Both the position numbers and the translations under genes were made by a program. Below, piece after piece: positions 1 to 13,506 of a stretch of 64,000 nt of DNA (its first letter is position 1; each line of letters opens with the position of its first letter). The DNA comes from Magallana gigas (taxonomy: Eukaryota), in assembly GCF_963853765.1 (NCBI RefSeq), contig NC_088862.1:21762001-21826000 (forward strand). The letters are read 5' to 3'. The notes under the pieces are model-generated. The model was not told the DNA's origin. It made no database searches and worked only from the letters and a program-made list of their open reading frames with translations.

Positions 1-2391
1 ACTCGATCCACAAATTTTAATGCGAACTTATATTTTTTTGAAAGCACAGTTGTGTTAGATTCTAAGAAATAATTTTTTTACGATTTAAAAAAAAAATTCA
101 TCAGTAACTTCATCGACTACTTTTTTCTCTTTTTACTTAAAGCTGAATATCAATTGTCTAATATGAATTTTGATACTTTTTCTTCTCTACGTTTGTCCTT
201 CGAAAGATTAGTACTTAAAGAAAGGAAATAACTTACTTTGCTTTTTTTCTTTGTAAATGCTTCCTTCCACGAAAATACACGTACACGTATCGGCTACAAT
301 TGTATTTTTCTTTTTTTGTATTTTGATATTATAAGAGTCCTGAAGCTACATGTAGCTTTTGTTTTCTCTTTTTTTTTTTGGGCTGTTCGAGAAATCATAA
401 TATTCAAGCATAGAAAATGAATAAAAATAATGAGAAATTACATAAAAAGAACCATTTTTGATTATACATTAATCTCAGTTAGGAAGATAAATACCAAATG
501 AATTTAGTAGTTTTTTTTTATCATGGTCTAAGTTAACACTCTAAAAAGTGAATCATTGAACGATTTTAATTTATTCTCTCTATTTTCTCTGTCTTATCAG
601 TTTAGCATTTTTGGCTTGTATTTTTTTGTATACTATACTGCACATGTATGTACCACCTGCTTAAATTATATATGCTTAAATTCGTATCACCCACGATAAC
701 CCCAAATTAACGATATGGACAATAAAACACGTTTGTTAACCTTTAGAAGTCCACGTGGATATTTACCATTTCTCGGTGATAAATGATTACCTTTTTACTG
801 ATGGCCTTCATATGAACTTCCAGGGAAGGACTAGTTTAAACTGGTTTCCGTCTCGGCAAACGCACTCAGTCGTGCCCTTTTATGATTTTTTCCTCTCTTA
901 GTAACGCAAGCAGCAAATCATTTCTAACCTCTTATATATGAAAAACAATAAATCTGTCAAAAAACTTGGGACGGGAGAATCTGTCAATGTCAATCCACAT
1001 CGCCGGGTTTAACCTACATTGAATTTTAAAACTGACAAATAATATGGACCAATAAAATAAAAACTAAACGGCATCAAACTTTAACTGTTTGCAGGCGGTA
1101 TTAGCATTTGAATAGTCTTGAATGTAAAAAAAAAAAAGATAGAGTGATTTTTTTTACGATTTCATATTTATTTGCTTTTCAGATTTAATCAACAGAACGT
1201 CTCAATTTTTTTTAATGCAAATCTTTTACATAAAATACTAGCGTGTAGTTTTAAAATGGAATACGTAAATGGCAAGATTAACATTTTTCATGGTTTGCAT
1301 TTGCTCAATCTCAAAAAACGTTCCGCATGAATACGGCAAACAAATCTAATTCAAAAATTACATTCAGTACGTTAATAAAGAGCTTTTATTTATCGTGTTC
1401 TTGTGTTTAGTTATAAAGAAATAGTTTAATTGTGATTTTTTGTTTTACAGCCTTGATGTATCTGATGAGATCCCGCATGTTTCATGGGATGGGCGGAGGA
1501 CTATTTCAGAGACTAATGCCACTTTACTTCATGTCCGAGGCCGATCTACTCTGAAAAAAAACCCACCACCAACTTGATGTCAGGAAGGTTTTGATAATAA
1601 AGGGCCAATCCATCTGTCATAAATCACACCACCACCTTAAAAATTATACATTAATTTTGTCATTTCATCATTAAAAATTATATTACATGAATGTACATTT
1701 GTATGCTTGTAACATATTTTATATTGCATAACTTTTTTGTATTTGCGTCGTTAAGAATTTAGTTCATAGATAAATGATGATGAAAATAAAATTTTGAACA
1801 TAAATGTGTTTGGTTTATCGAATTACAAAATACAAAAAAAAATGGACGTGGAAAACTCCGCATCCTGAGGTTCAACATGATGTTTGTATCATCCAATTAC
1901 AACATCGACTGATTCACGGTTTAACACATGTTGAAAAATCACACACGATTCACATATGATACTGATACACATGATTTTACGTGACTATGTTTGATCCTAA
2001 CATGTAAACATATGACTTATTTGGCACATTCTGCTGTGTACAAATGATCACATTTTTTTTGGACAATTTTTTTGGAATCACAGGGGCTTGGTTGTTTGAT
2101 AGTGAAGTTCCAAATCATTTGTTCCCGAAAAAAAATAATTAAAAATTGGTAATCTTATGTGTATTTTTGTGTATTGTTATAAATAAATTCACTTAAGATC
2201 CCCCGTTTCAATCATGTTTAAAAAGTGTATTCAATGTACAGTAAAAAAAAGTAAAGGGACGACCTTGCCGTCTTGGATTAATAGGGGTCCTCGCTTTGAG
2301 CCCATGTGGTGCAAATTAGATATCCATGATATCAGATCTATTCAAAGACCTTATTTTCTTAACTTAAATATCCATAATGTGTTAAATAATT

Positions 2392-2765
2392 TTGTTATAC
2401 TTTCATGTTAAATACTGAAATCTGATTGGTTAAGACGCAGTTAATAATATTTACTATTACCCTCAGCGTTAGCAACGCACCTGGCAACGGGTAACATTAA
2501 AAAATGTTACATGCGCGAAAATTATGCGCGTACGGTTCGCTGTAGAATTCACGTTATTCCTATATAAAAGCAGTAAAATTTTCTTAAAAATTTGAAAAAA
2601 GACATTCAGTATAACAAAATAAATAGTGCCTGTTTGGGAGGATAACAGTTGAAATTGACACCCCTCGAAAACCATTGTCAACCTCCGCTTCGCGTCGGTT
2701 GACAATGGTTTTCTCGGGGTGTCAATTTCAACTGTTACCCTCCCAAACAGGCACTATTTATATAA
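2392..2765. mobile_element. Non-autonomous hairpin-bearing element (Helitron/Helentron-like or foldback MITE)
   Basis: Long imperfect palindrome 2619-2761 (ataaatagtgcctgtttgggagg...ccctcccaaacaggcactatttat, loop tccgcttcgcgtc). Near-identical copies recur at about 51877-52555. Confidence 0.7.
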
Positions 2766-3132
2766 TACTCTTGATATTAACTCCATGCATCTTATATAGT
2801 AGAAAAAGATTTAGCAAGAGAGGAGAAGATGAAGATTGCTTTAAGATATAGAGACAAGCATTTTGTTAAGCATCCAGATTGATTGAAATTGGGTGTTAAC
2901 AATAGTTCTCGATATCATAATGGTGAACGATATATCGTATACACGTAAGGCATTCTCTAAAAACTGTGTACCTTTTTCTAAGTTCTTTAATCGACATTTT
3001 TTTTACAAAAAACTTCAGATGTTTTCCGTCTAGAAAGTACATGGTACACTGAATATAAGTTGTGTACAAGTAGGCCATTTTTTTTATTAACACCGATTAT
3101 TCAGTGAAAAATAGAGATTTCTTTTAATTTAA

Positions 3133-3624
3133 AGGGACAAGGTCACGATTTTTGTCAAAAATTATTTTTTCGATTTTAATGTTTATAATGCTTCAGTAAG
3201 GTATTTTTAATAGGCAACCCAAATTTGAGTGACATTTGTTGAGTTATGAGCGAGTTACAGAGCTTACAATACCCCCTATGTAAACAAAGCTTTTGTTTAC
3301 ATTTTGAATATTGAAGTGAAAATTCCAGTTTTAGACCTAAAATGAATGTATTAATGGTTAGGAACTGTTAATTTATGTTTAAAATGAATAAGAATTTTGA
3401 CAAATTATCTTGAAAAAGATTTTTTTCTGGTAAATTGAACTTACGTAAACAAAAACAGGGCACGAGCTTTGTTTACATGACGAAGAATTGTGAGCCCTGT
3501 ATCTTGCTTAAAATTCATCGACGGCCACCCAAATTTCACTTGATCATTAGAAATGCATTCAAAAAGCATAGTAAATAATAAAAACAGGAAAATAAAATTT
3601 GACCAAAATCGTGACCATGCCCCT
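3133..3624. mobile_element. Non-autonomous TIR element with TTAA target duplication (Kolobok-like)
   Basis: ttaa|AGGGACAAGGTCACGATTTTTGTCAAA ... TTTGACCAAAATCGTGACCATGCCCCT|ttaa; imperfect TIR of about 27 bp, purine-purine termini, no ORF. Confidence 0.8.
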
Positions 3625-6563
3625 TTAATGCATTGTTATCAAGTTAATACATGACTGGGCAATTTATTAAAATTTGACTTCATTTGTGGCAGCATTGGCG
3701 ACATCGCATGTACATGTGTACCTGTAAATTTATATTTATTCATTCAGAAATACATCTTTGGGCAATACAGCTCATCAGTTTACAATAATTCACATGTAAT
3801 TATAATATAATGTCAACAACAGACTCTTTGGGGTCTAAAATGGGGGTGAAATCCCTGATCAAGTGTCCCACATATACTGACAATATTAAGGGTCTCGACA
3901 TGCAGTGCATTGTGTAACAGATCTTTTACCGATGATCACATCTTCCCCCGTACTTCTGTGGTGAATTCTTACGAATACATACATGTGCAATGGTTTTGGC
4001 ATGGTGGCAGTTTGACAACCCGGTCTTGAAATCCTCAATGAATCACCTCCAGTCTTCTGGAATAAAATCCTTTTACTACAACGCAATGCGGTATATTAAT
4101 TGAATATTTACTGTTCCTGTATCGGGTCGTATTAACCAATATATCCATGCGTTCTGATAAACAAATAATCAAGCTGTCGGCATTCTGGGCGCGAAAACAT
4201 TACATATGTAATTAACGGATGTCACGCGTCACGCATGACTGAGTTAAGTATTTGTTTGTTTTTTGTTTTATTTTCGAAATGAAAGGCGACAGTTAGAGTA
4301 CATGTAGGTCGCGTATTTTTCCAAAATTTTAGAGAATGATAAGAATATATCTAGTTCTTTGCAGTTACGTCGATTTCTGTTTAAGATATGAATATTCTAT
4401 TTTTCAATAAAATGACAAAATATGAGAATGTCTATCAGCTTATACTACTAACTTGGAATGAATATTTAAACTAAAATTGATATTGCCTAGCACGCATTTC
4501 ATCTAAATGTCTATTAAAATTTTGATGAAAATTTGATTATTTTTTTATGCTTCCAATTTTTAAATATTTCTGATTTTTACGTGATAAGAAGACTAAAGAT
4601 ATAAATTGAAAAAGCTAATATTTTGACCATTTAAGAAAAACTGATTTTAGCGATTTTTCCCCATACAAATCAATAATAGAATAGGCACTTTAAATAGCTT
4701 ATAAATATCTAATTTGATGGGCAAATCATGTTTTAAAAACATATTCTGAAACCCAAGTATCGTATCATTAGTTCACATTAGTTAAAAATCCAACATTAAT
4801 GTTATTGTTTTTTAAATGCTAAAACAGACTCACTCATTAACTTACATGTACAGCGATTCTGAATTGCGAAGTATGTGATATTTTCTTACGTCAATAATCC
4901 GCCAAAAACATAGTCCTTGTTAGGTTCTAACCATGTGCAATCAGTGCAAGAAACATCCCCACACCCCAATGCTTATTTTTAAGTTTATAGTAATTCATTT
5001 GTTAATGTAATTTTTTATATTGACGTGATTTATTTGATTAGAATTATATAAAAAAAAGGTTAATGATAAAACACTTATAGATTTTTTAAGGTTATGGTTT
5101 GGCCAGCTCGTTTTTTTTTCAATATCACTGCATATACTTAATTGACGACATAGCATTTCCAATCTGAAACGTTTACTAGTACTCTAACTTGCTGAATATC
5201 ATAAGTTTTGGAAGGAAAACGAGAGGTAGGGGACCTTCTTCCTGTGATTAATTAAATGATACACTGATAATTGCCCTGCCCTAGAAATTTTAAGTCCACA
5301 ATTTGTGATTTATACATATCTTTTAAAAGTGCGTTAAGAGTGTCGATACTAAAAAATGTTGATGTACCTTCATAACGCACTTTGAATTTTTTTTTCAAGG
5401 TGCGTTGATTTGGTCCCAAATTTCACGCACTTTGAAAAAGTTTTTCAATTAAAGTGCATTTATTTATTTTTTTCAAAGTGCGTTGCCACATAGCGCGCTA
5501 AAGATCTGCACTGCCTTGGTGTGTTACATGTAAAGGACCGACGACATCCAAAAATAAGCATTCAATGCCTAATTAAATACATGTTCAAATCATTAAGTTG
5601 TCTTAATTTCACATGTAAAAAACAACTAGCAGCAAATTGTCAGATTTAAAATTTCAAATTCGGAAAAATCTGTTTATATGTCAAATCAAATAAGAGAGGA
5701 TCTGCTGTACTAAAGATGGGTACAAATTTAAAATTAATCTCACACATACGAGATGTGTGTTGCTTGCTGGCTTATGATTACAATGACGTACACTCCCAGA
5801 TATTGTTCTACAATTCTAACACCATTAAGCTAAAAAGGGGAATCAAAAAGTGCACGCACGAAACACATTATTGAAAAATAAATTATGTAGAGTAGAAATT
5901 AACAAGCTACAAATACACTATAATTCTCACATTTTCTGGACCGTGTTACCTGTAATGATTACAGCAACAGACATATGATGGTTTTCATAACCTAACGAGA
6001 ATAAATCTAACACATTTTATCTACAAACAGCTGTGAAATGACGACTGTTTCTCGCTGCCATAGACTGGAAATGACCATTAATGAAAAGGTACACCGTCAT
6101 GAAATATGACCCACCTTATGTTCTATATATAATTCATAAAGTTAATGGGGTTTTATTTTTTTCTATCATGTGTATACATTATGTTATGGGGATCCTAAAG
6201 TATGATTTCAAATATTGGAAATCAACTTACACCTTGATTTACACCTTTTTGAAATAAAAACAGCCTCCATGCTCACCAGAGAATACAAATTTTCATCGCA
6301 TCTCATAGAACCAGTGAACAGGCTTGCAATACGACCATGAAAGGAAATGGAGATTTCGGGTAAATATTAATATATTTGTTACATTATCAGTATCATACCT
6401 CAAAGAATATAAGATCACAATTAATTCAATAATATTATCACCAAATTGATTAGATGACGACTGCTAAAGCTGGTTTAAAAACACATACGATGTCAATTTA
6501 AACTTAACATCCTTCTTTTGCTTTTAATAACAAGTACATGTATATTTTAAACAGTATCTTTAA

Positions 6564-6785
6564 TACCGTATATCCCGTAATTTTCGCGATAACATATGTT
6601 CTGCTTTTTTCGCGATGACTTGAAAATCGCAAATAATTGAATACGTAGAAATTATATTCTGTTCAATTTTCTATAAGAAACTTTTTAAATCGCAAAAATG
6701 ACTGACGCAAAAAAAAAAGCTACACAATTTCACCATTTTCGAAAATGTTGTGACACGCGAAAAAAAAAACCCCGCTTATACGGAA
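6564..6785. mobile_element. Probable MITE (taccgtat...atacgg termini)
   Basis: TACCGTATATCCCGTAATTTTCGCG at the left is an imperfect inverse of CGCGAAAAAAAAAACCCCGCTTATACGGAA at the right. Confidence 0.45.
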
Positions 6786-8344
6786 TTCTTAATGCGTAAG
6801 TGTGTTAAGGTCTTTCGATTGTCGTGTGACGTCATTGTGAGCAATCCGGAATATTTTACCGTTATCGGTTATAATAATAGCGTTATGTGGTGCATAGTTT
6901 TGCCAATATTTCATGATTTATACTTGTGTTTAACACATTTTAAGCTATGTAAAGTGAAATGACACCAATGTTTAACAATTCATAGAGAGTAGTTTGAGTT
7001 GAAATCGCTGAATTCAATGAAAAACTGATAAAACCGTATATAGGCAAACTTGACAGAGACCACAATTCATAATTTTTTACCAGGCAAGGTAAACATTTCT
7101 TTGCAGATTTCGATAGGATATATAATGAATTACAAATGTACCAATTTTCAGTGAGTTTGAACCATTATTTCAAAAGTTATAGACGTTTTATGTTGCTAAA
7201 CTGTACTTATTCATGGTTGAAAAATCGTATCAAAATGCACTGTAAATGTGATAGCTTTCATACTGGCAATTTTAAATGGCCTTAAAATGTTAAAATACTT
7301 AAAATAAAGGATTGCGATTAATTTCTTTTAAAATTGTTTTATTATATCGAAATTAGTTAAAATAAATGTGATGTTTGATAAGAGAGCAGTCGTTGCTATA
7401 ACTGTCCTGATAGTGTACTTGTGTTAGCTCCTACAGCATGAACAAAATATTTGCAACATACCAATATTTAACTTTAATTTGATTGTTTGCATATTAATCA
7501 TCAAATTTAAACAAAAATTACACAGATTAAACCATAAAAACATCGAGGGTGGAGAAACCTTAAGGTTATAATACATTCTATCTCGATGACAAAGTTAAAA
7601 AATTATATAACTGCTTACGTTTACATCTATTGTGCATTAAAATGCATAACTCTTAATTGTAAAAAAAAAAAATGGTTTCAAAGAGAACTTGGAGTTAATA
7701 AAAATAAGATCTACATTAAGAAACAGTAAGATAAAACTGTTCTTGAACCGGTATAAACTGGTAATTGTACTGCAAGACATATCGATAGTAAGTTAATTAA
7801 ATGTGAATTGGAATTGGGAATATTGTGCAATTTTAAAAAAGAAAGGAAAAAAATAATAAAACATTTAATTAAAAAAAACTTATTGATAAAACATTGCCCA
7901 AAATTCTTCAAATAAAGCAATGCTTCTGGATACACAGTGAGAATTTGAGCTGTATCGTTGGGGGCACAATTTGTTTAATCTAATTATAATAAGATTGAAT
8001 ATATAATTATGATAATTGTTATTAATAACCATTTATTACGATTTATATACGTTTAAGCACACTTTTTTAATCCATTGCATGAGTTTAGGGGAGAGGGGGA
8101 TCCCTGATAAAACTCGGTCTATCAAGGAAATACCGGTTTGATTAAGTGCATGGCCAATTTTAAATTGCATCTATCTTCTTCAAAAGAAGAACTCTAAAAT
8201 TTAATATAATTAAATATATAAGAAAATGTTCAAAATTTTAAATTAAAGTAGATAGGTTTTTTTTTTACTAAATAATAACTTAAAACTGATAATTCATATC
8301 TAGTAAGACTTGATTGGTAATTTGTTGACCACAAAGCCTCCTGG

Positions 8345-9685
8345 ATGAATTTCACACTTTGCAGGTATGACAAGAAAATTCGAGCATTAAATACAATATA
8401 ATTAATTTATTATCACATATTTTATATGCCTCCAATTTAAAGGAAAAAAAACAGCCAACCAAACGACAAAACAAAGATATTATTTTTATGTATTGTAAAA
8501 TACATGTACCGGTATATGCAAAAACAGAAATATCTCTTTTGTAGATCTAAGGGAGTTAGGCCACCGACTCCTCCTTTGGATGGAGGCAGAACGTTTGAAA
8601 GGCAAAATGGTACGAATTACACAGATTTCGGTCAACCTTTGAGACCGTACCACGTGTTCATTCACGACATGGATTCCCACGATTCCAAATTTCTGACTTA
8701 TTTCGTTTTTCAACCCATCTTTACCGTTATAATTGTTCCGATGAATATCCTACTGGTCTGGGCATTCATTCGTGGAGGCTTCCGCTCTCCGACTCATGTT
8801 GTGTTGATAGCGATCGCCATCTTCAACAACATCCATCTGTTGTCAATAGCCATACCTTCCTTTTACTTTTACGTTCTAGACTACGGTAAAGACTACGTTC
8901 CGTTTTCTTGGTGTTTACCCTTCATGCTGATGATGAACAGAATTCCGAAGATCTGCGCAAGCCAGACCTTGTATCTCACGGTACTTCTCGGACTTCACCG
9001 ATACCTGATCGTTAAATTTCCTCTCAAAGTCAACACTATGTTAAAAAACGGTCAAACGATTTTCCTAGTATTCGTTTTGACCGGAATAGCTATCTCATGC
9101 GATTTACAGTACATTGTGGCCGTTTCTGATATTTATCCACTGAGCGTCGAGTCCCTTATCACACCCGGTACTAACGTCACTGGCTGCGCGTGGAAGACGA
9201 AACCAACCATTGATGTCAATGCCGTCATCACCGACATTGCGTCAACGTTCCTGCCAATCGCAGTACTGATCATCCTCACTGTCATGTTTATATGGATCGA
9301 TATCAAGCAAATCCGTTCCATCAGAAGATCTAGACTAGGAAATTCGGACAGGGACAAGCGGAGAATGATTGTCATCACCACCTGTATATTGTCCTCAGTC
9401 ATTCTTGTTTCCGTACCGGAAGTCATCATCAAGCAGATTCTGTTTACCCATGGAAGACCGTGCAAAACGTGCATCGTTAGTAAAACCAAGTTCACGCTCA
9501 TCATGCACTGTCTGACCAATCTTACATTTGCCGCCAATTTCATTATTTACTCGTGTCTGAGTGAGAAATTTCGAATTCAGCTCAGACGTATTTTATGCAT
9601 CAGAATCTTTACAACATCCGGGTCACACACCAACGGAACCTCAAACACTAGCCGAGTGGCTAAACAAACTCTGTCTGTTATTTAG
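8345..9685 (+). CDS. Rhodopsin-family (class A) peptide GPCR, FMRFamide/sex-peptide/myosuppressin-receptor-like; two coding exons 8345-8364 and 8545-9685, about 386 aa
   Basis: The 393-aa ORF has seven hydrophobic segments, TM3 LGLHRYLIVKFP (DRY variant) and TM7 FAANFIIYSCLSEKFR. ATG AAT TTC ACA CTT TGC AG|gtatga joins in phase 2 to ctcttttgtag|ATCTAAG, giving an MNFT.. N-terminus with sequons NFT, NGT and NYT. Confidence 0.9.
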
Positions 9686-10369
9686 TAGTGTCTCATATTG
9701 TCATTTTTGTACATGTATTAGCACCTATCAGGTAAATTCAAAAATTAAATACGTCTTCAAATCAAGTTTGGGTGGGGGGGGGGTCGTGTGGTGAATTTTT
9801 TTTTTTAGAAAAAATATATCAGTTGTTTACATATTCAATTACATGTATGCATTAATTAGGTACGGTGTTTGGCAATAGAACACAATAACTGATATTGTAT
9901 TTCTGTATTTCATGGCAATCGCCAAAAAAATTTATATGAAATTAATATAAAAATTGATAATCCCAAAATTATCAAATTTACAAATGTGTGCCTGCGGATC
10001 ATGAGATCCACTTTGATATAAATTTGAAAGTCTTAGAATACCCGGCATAAAAAAATTATTACTGTGCAGAAACAAAATTAGTTCTGAAAAAGTAATTGTT
10101 ACAGTAAGATGTATTTGTAGTAAAATATAGTTTTAATTTACAAGATATATATGCATGAAATTGATGTGTTTTTATTTCAATATGAACAGTTTGTGCTGTT
10201 ATTTCAATATTATAATTTCATGTTTGTATCTAATTGCAAGTTTGTTATGATTTCAAGTTACTTATGTATGTTAAAGAGATGGAACAGAGTAATCCAATTA
10301 AATGGATGATGACCAAAAAAAGTTTTCCTGTGGAGTTATTGTAACAACAGCACATGGTGCTCACAAGTG

Positions 10370-10772
10370 AAAGAAATTCTATATAAATTAGATTTGTGTT
10401 CCTATTTTGATTTTATCCGTATTTGTGATATAAACGAAGTAAAATCTAAATTATTTAAATACTATGAAGACGAATGGAAATTGAAAACAATGTCTCTACC
10501 GAAACTTAGTACATACGTAACGTTTAAACAACATAGAACCCTATGTAACGATGAACATAACCAAACAGGAACGGTCTTTGATGGCACAATTTAGATGTGG
10601 AATCCTTCCTCTCAGAGTCGAAACTGGTCGTTTTGTATATTATAAAATTTCATTTCAAAGTGACATATAGGTCCAATGGGCCGGGTGTAATTCGATAATG
10701 TATAATAGTGTATTGTACTATACTTATGACATACACATGTCACTATAATAAAATATTTACTTACTTACTTAT
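10370..10772 (+). mobile_element. 3' fragment of a non-LTR retrotransposon (CR1/L2-like ORF2 end)
   Basis: Frameshifted translation PKLSTYVTFK..EPYV..ERSLMAQFRCGILPLRVETGRF resembles the post-RT region of CR1/L2-group LINEs. It ends in AATAAA followed by a (TTAC)n tail. Confidence 0.7.
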
Positions 10773-11430
10773 TAAATTTGCTTTAGATTTGACAAATCAG
10801 GAGTTATCCAATTCTTGATTTGCCCCAATCGTTGTATAAACTTTAAATTAAGACGAATGTCAGAACAAAATACAAAATCTTAAAGAATCATTGCATGGCA
10901 TCAGTGATTTTCAAAAGTCGCGTGGAACGTTTTGTTTGATACATGTATATGCATGCACGTCACAATGGAAATCCATTCGTGTGCACTGTCTGTTTTTAAC
11001 AGAGAGCGCAAACGAATGGATTGAATTTCAATTGTGACTTAACTAAGGCGTTGAACAGTAAATATTAAATATCGTACCTTGTAACGGAGTTTTTTTTTGT
11101 ATTGTATATTTTTATTGAAAACTAAGCATAATTATATACATGTATCATGAAGGAGCGCAAGACTGAAGATTTTCAAATTTCTATCACTGGTAAGTACATG
11201 TATAGTACCTATATACGTAATATACACATATATGGAAAATATAAAGAAAGAACAGAGGTACACTTAATAAATCGCTTGTTCAATCCGGGAGGGAATTTTT
11301 GAAACATCTATTGACATCTGTTTCAACTCCGAATTGTAAAATATCTGCAATACGTATGTATGGTGCATTGTATTTATCTTCATTTTTATTTGTGCATTGG
11401 AATATCGTTGCAAAAATATATAATTTCTTA

Positions 11431-11577
11431 NNNNNNNNNNNNNNNNNNNNNNNNNNNNNNNNNNNNNNNNNNNNNNNNNNNNNNNNNNNNNNNNNNNNNN
11501 NNNNNNNNNNNNNNNNNNNNNNNNNNNNNNNNNNNNNNNNNNNNNNNNNNNNNNNNNNNNNNNNNNNNNNNNNNNNN
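11431..11577. other. Assembly gap (others: 20597-20739, 33630-33762, 40728-40863, 42620-42920, 43717-43886, 46487-46833, 59915-60046)
   Basis: Runs of N. Confidence 1.
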
Positions 11578-12515
11578 ACTTGTATTTAATTTAATAGAGT
11601 TCTTGTTAATAGATTGAAAAATTTTACAACTTGTGCATCATATGACACTTATAATGTTTGTTATAAGAACATATTTCCTAAACTAAACATGGGGAATTAT
11701 GCTGAAATAAGACATAATTCTAAAAAAAAAAAACAAAGTAAAAAACTGAGTTGTCTTTCCTGCTATAATAACAACAACAAAAAACTGAGTTGAGTGCACT
11801 ATTGAATTACAGCACAACGCGACGGTGGGTTTTTTTTTTTTGCAAAATCATATTATTATATAAGCATTTTTTAAATTATTAATCTCGAATCACAAAAGCA
11901 TTTTTGTTGGTAACATCTTGCTTATTTATCTTTCTTTATTTATCTCATTCATACTTGCATACATATTAGACTAATATTAAATAGCATTAACTTTTACTAT
12001 CGAGTTTCTAAGTATTGGTGTATTTTATTATTATATAAGTACAATCTTAGACGTATTTGCAATAATATATTATTTGCTGTTCAACAAGTAGTGAGAGGGC
12101 GAATTAAGTTTTTATAACTTGTTCCATTGTAAAATCAAATCCATCTCCAGAAGAAGCAGGGTTCTGCGTAAAGGTTTAATAGCAAAAAAATATTTAAATT
12201 TCACAGCTTAAAGATATGATTTGTTTTCTTTTTAAATAATAGTTTATAATTTTTAAATGATATCTATTTTTTTTTTTAGAAAATGTAAATGAATGGTATA
12301 TTGACTACCTAGGCTTTTTGAAACTTAACCTATCAATTTAGTAAAGACAATTCAAAATATTGTTAACTTTAAAATTTGAATATTTCCTATATATTTAATA
12401 TACAACATTTTTCTTCTTCAAGATATCTATATAGTCCAAAATAAAATGACCACAACCGCCCAGCCCTCTGAAAAAAAAATACCGTTAGGCCAATAATATA
12501 ATTGCAATCAACTAG

Positions 12516-12762
12516 GAACCATTTTAACACAACCTTGGACTTTCAGTAGGATGTAACCATCCATTTTTTGCCTCACAACAAGTTAAAATGACGCTGGTTT
12601 CAAGCGAAATACACACCGAGTGCGTAGTCTTAGCTCAAAGGCTAGACAAATAATTGATTTCAAAGAGCCAAAGCTGTAATGCCAGCAATGAAATGGACAG
12701 ACCTACGTCACAATGCAGTTTGACACAACTACCCAAAATCCAAGCTCTTGTTAAAATGATTC
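12516..12762. mobile_element. ~240-bp MITE family, copy 1 (TIR GAACCATTTTAACA)
   Basis: Terminal inverted repeats GAACCATTTTAAC...GTTAAAATG(G/A)TTC; homologous copies at 16391-16625, 19249-19497 and 53978-54224. Confidence 0.75.
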
Positions 12763-13506
12763 TACTCTCTGCATGAAACCATTTCGGCAAATCGCTCCAG
12801 GCGGCGTTCTTAAGGAGGAATACACCAATCAAAATCAATACATTTCTCTTTAATAGTACAAATATTAGGCATCAACAGTATTAATTTCCATTGTGACTGT
12901 GAAGTGCCCATCGATCATGCAGTGTGACGAGGCTTCGTACGTATACATAAGAACCACTTCACATTACATCATATTATTTAGACGAACGGGTTTCCAGACA
13001 TATTTTAATAATGGCTTACAGAATAGATTACATGAGATTGAATCTCACCGTCTATAGTAAATACAAAGCAATCTTATTTTTCAGCCGTCGATATTCTATA
13101 CATCCTTCTCTTCCTTTTTCCTTCGTATTTGTTGTTCAGATATACGCTATATATACGTACAAATTTCAGAAATCTATAATTTTAAATCTCCCCAGGAATA
13201 ATTGGCAGCCGAATAAATCCTTTTACCGCGTATATGTAAGCCTCTTCGCCCGCATATCAGTCATATAGCTAGACCCACTTGGAGAGGTTTTTAAAATCCC
13301 AAGTGTATTCTCTACCAGCCGATCGACTGCACATGAAGTTTAAAATGTAAATACACTCTCAGTCATATAAACTCCTATACACCCCTAATTCCGTTTAATT
13401 ATAAATCTCATTCTCTCTATATAACACGTGGTGAGTTACACCTAGCTACAGGAATCTCTCTCTCATTCGTTCGTGGATATTTTTTTCTCTCGATCCTACT
13501 ACAAAG

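Noticed and set aside
8504-8544. ORF-track start MYRYMQKQKYLFC for the GPCR
   Set aside because: This stretch contains a polypyrimidine-AG acceptor at 8544, and an upstream phase-matched ATG exon fits better.
9133-9543. 136-aa antisense ORF, plus similar ones at 25791-26132, 59215-59556, 31206-31445 and 63098-63457
   Set aside because: Shadows of coding exons on the opposite strand with no recognisable motifs.
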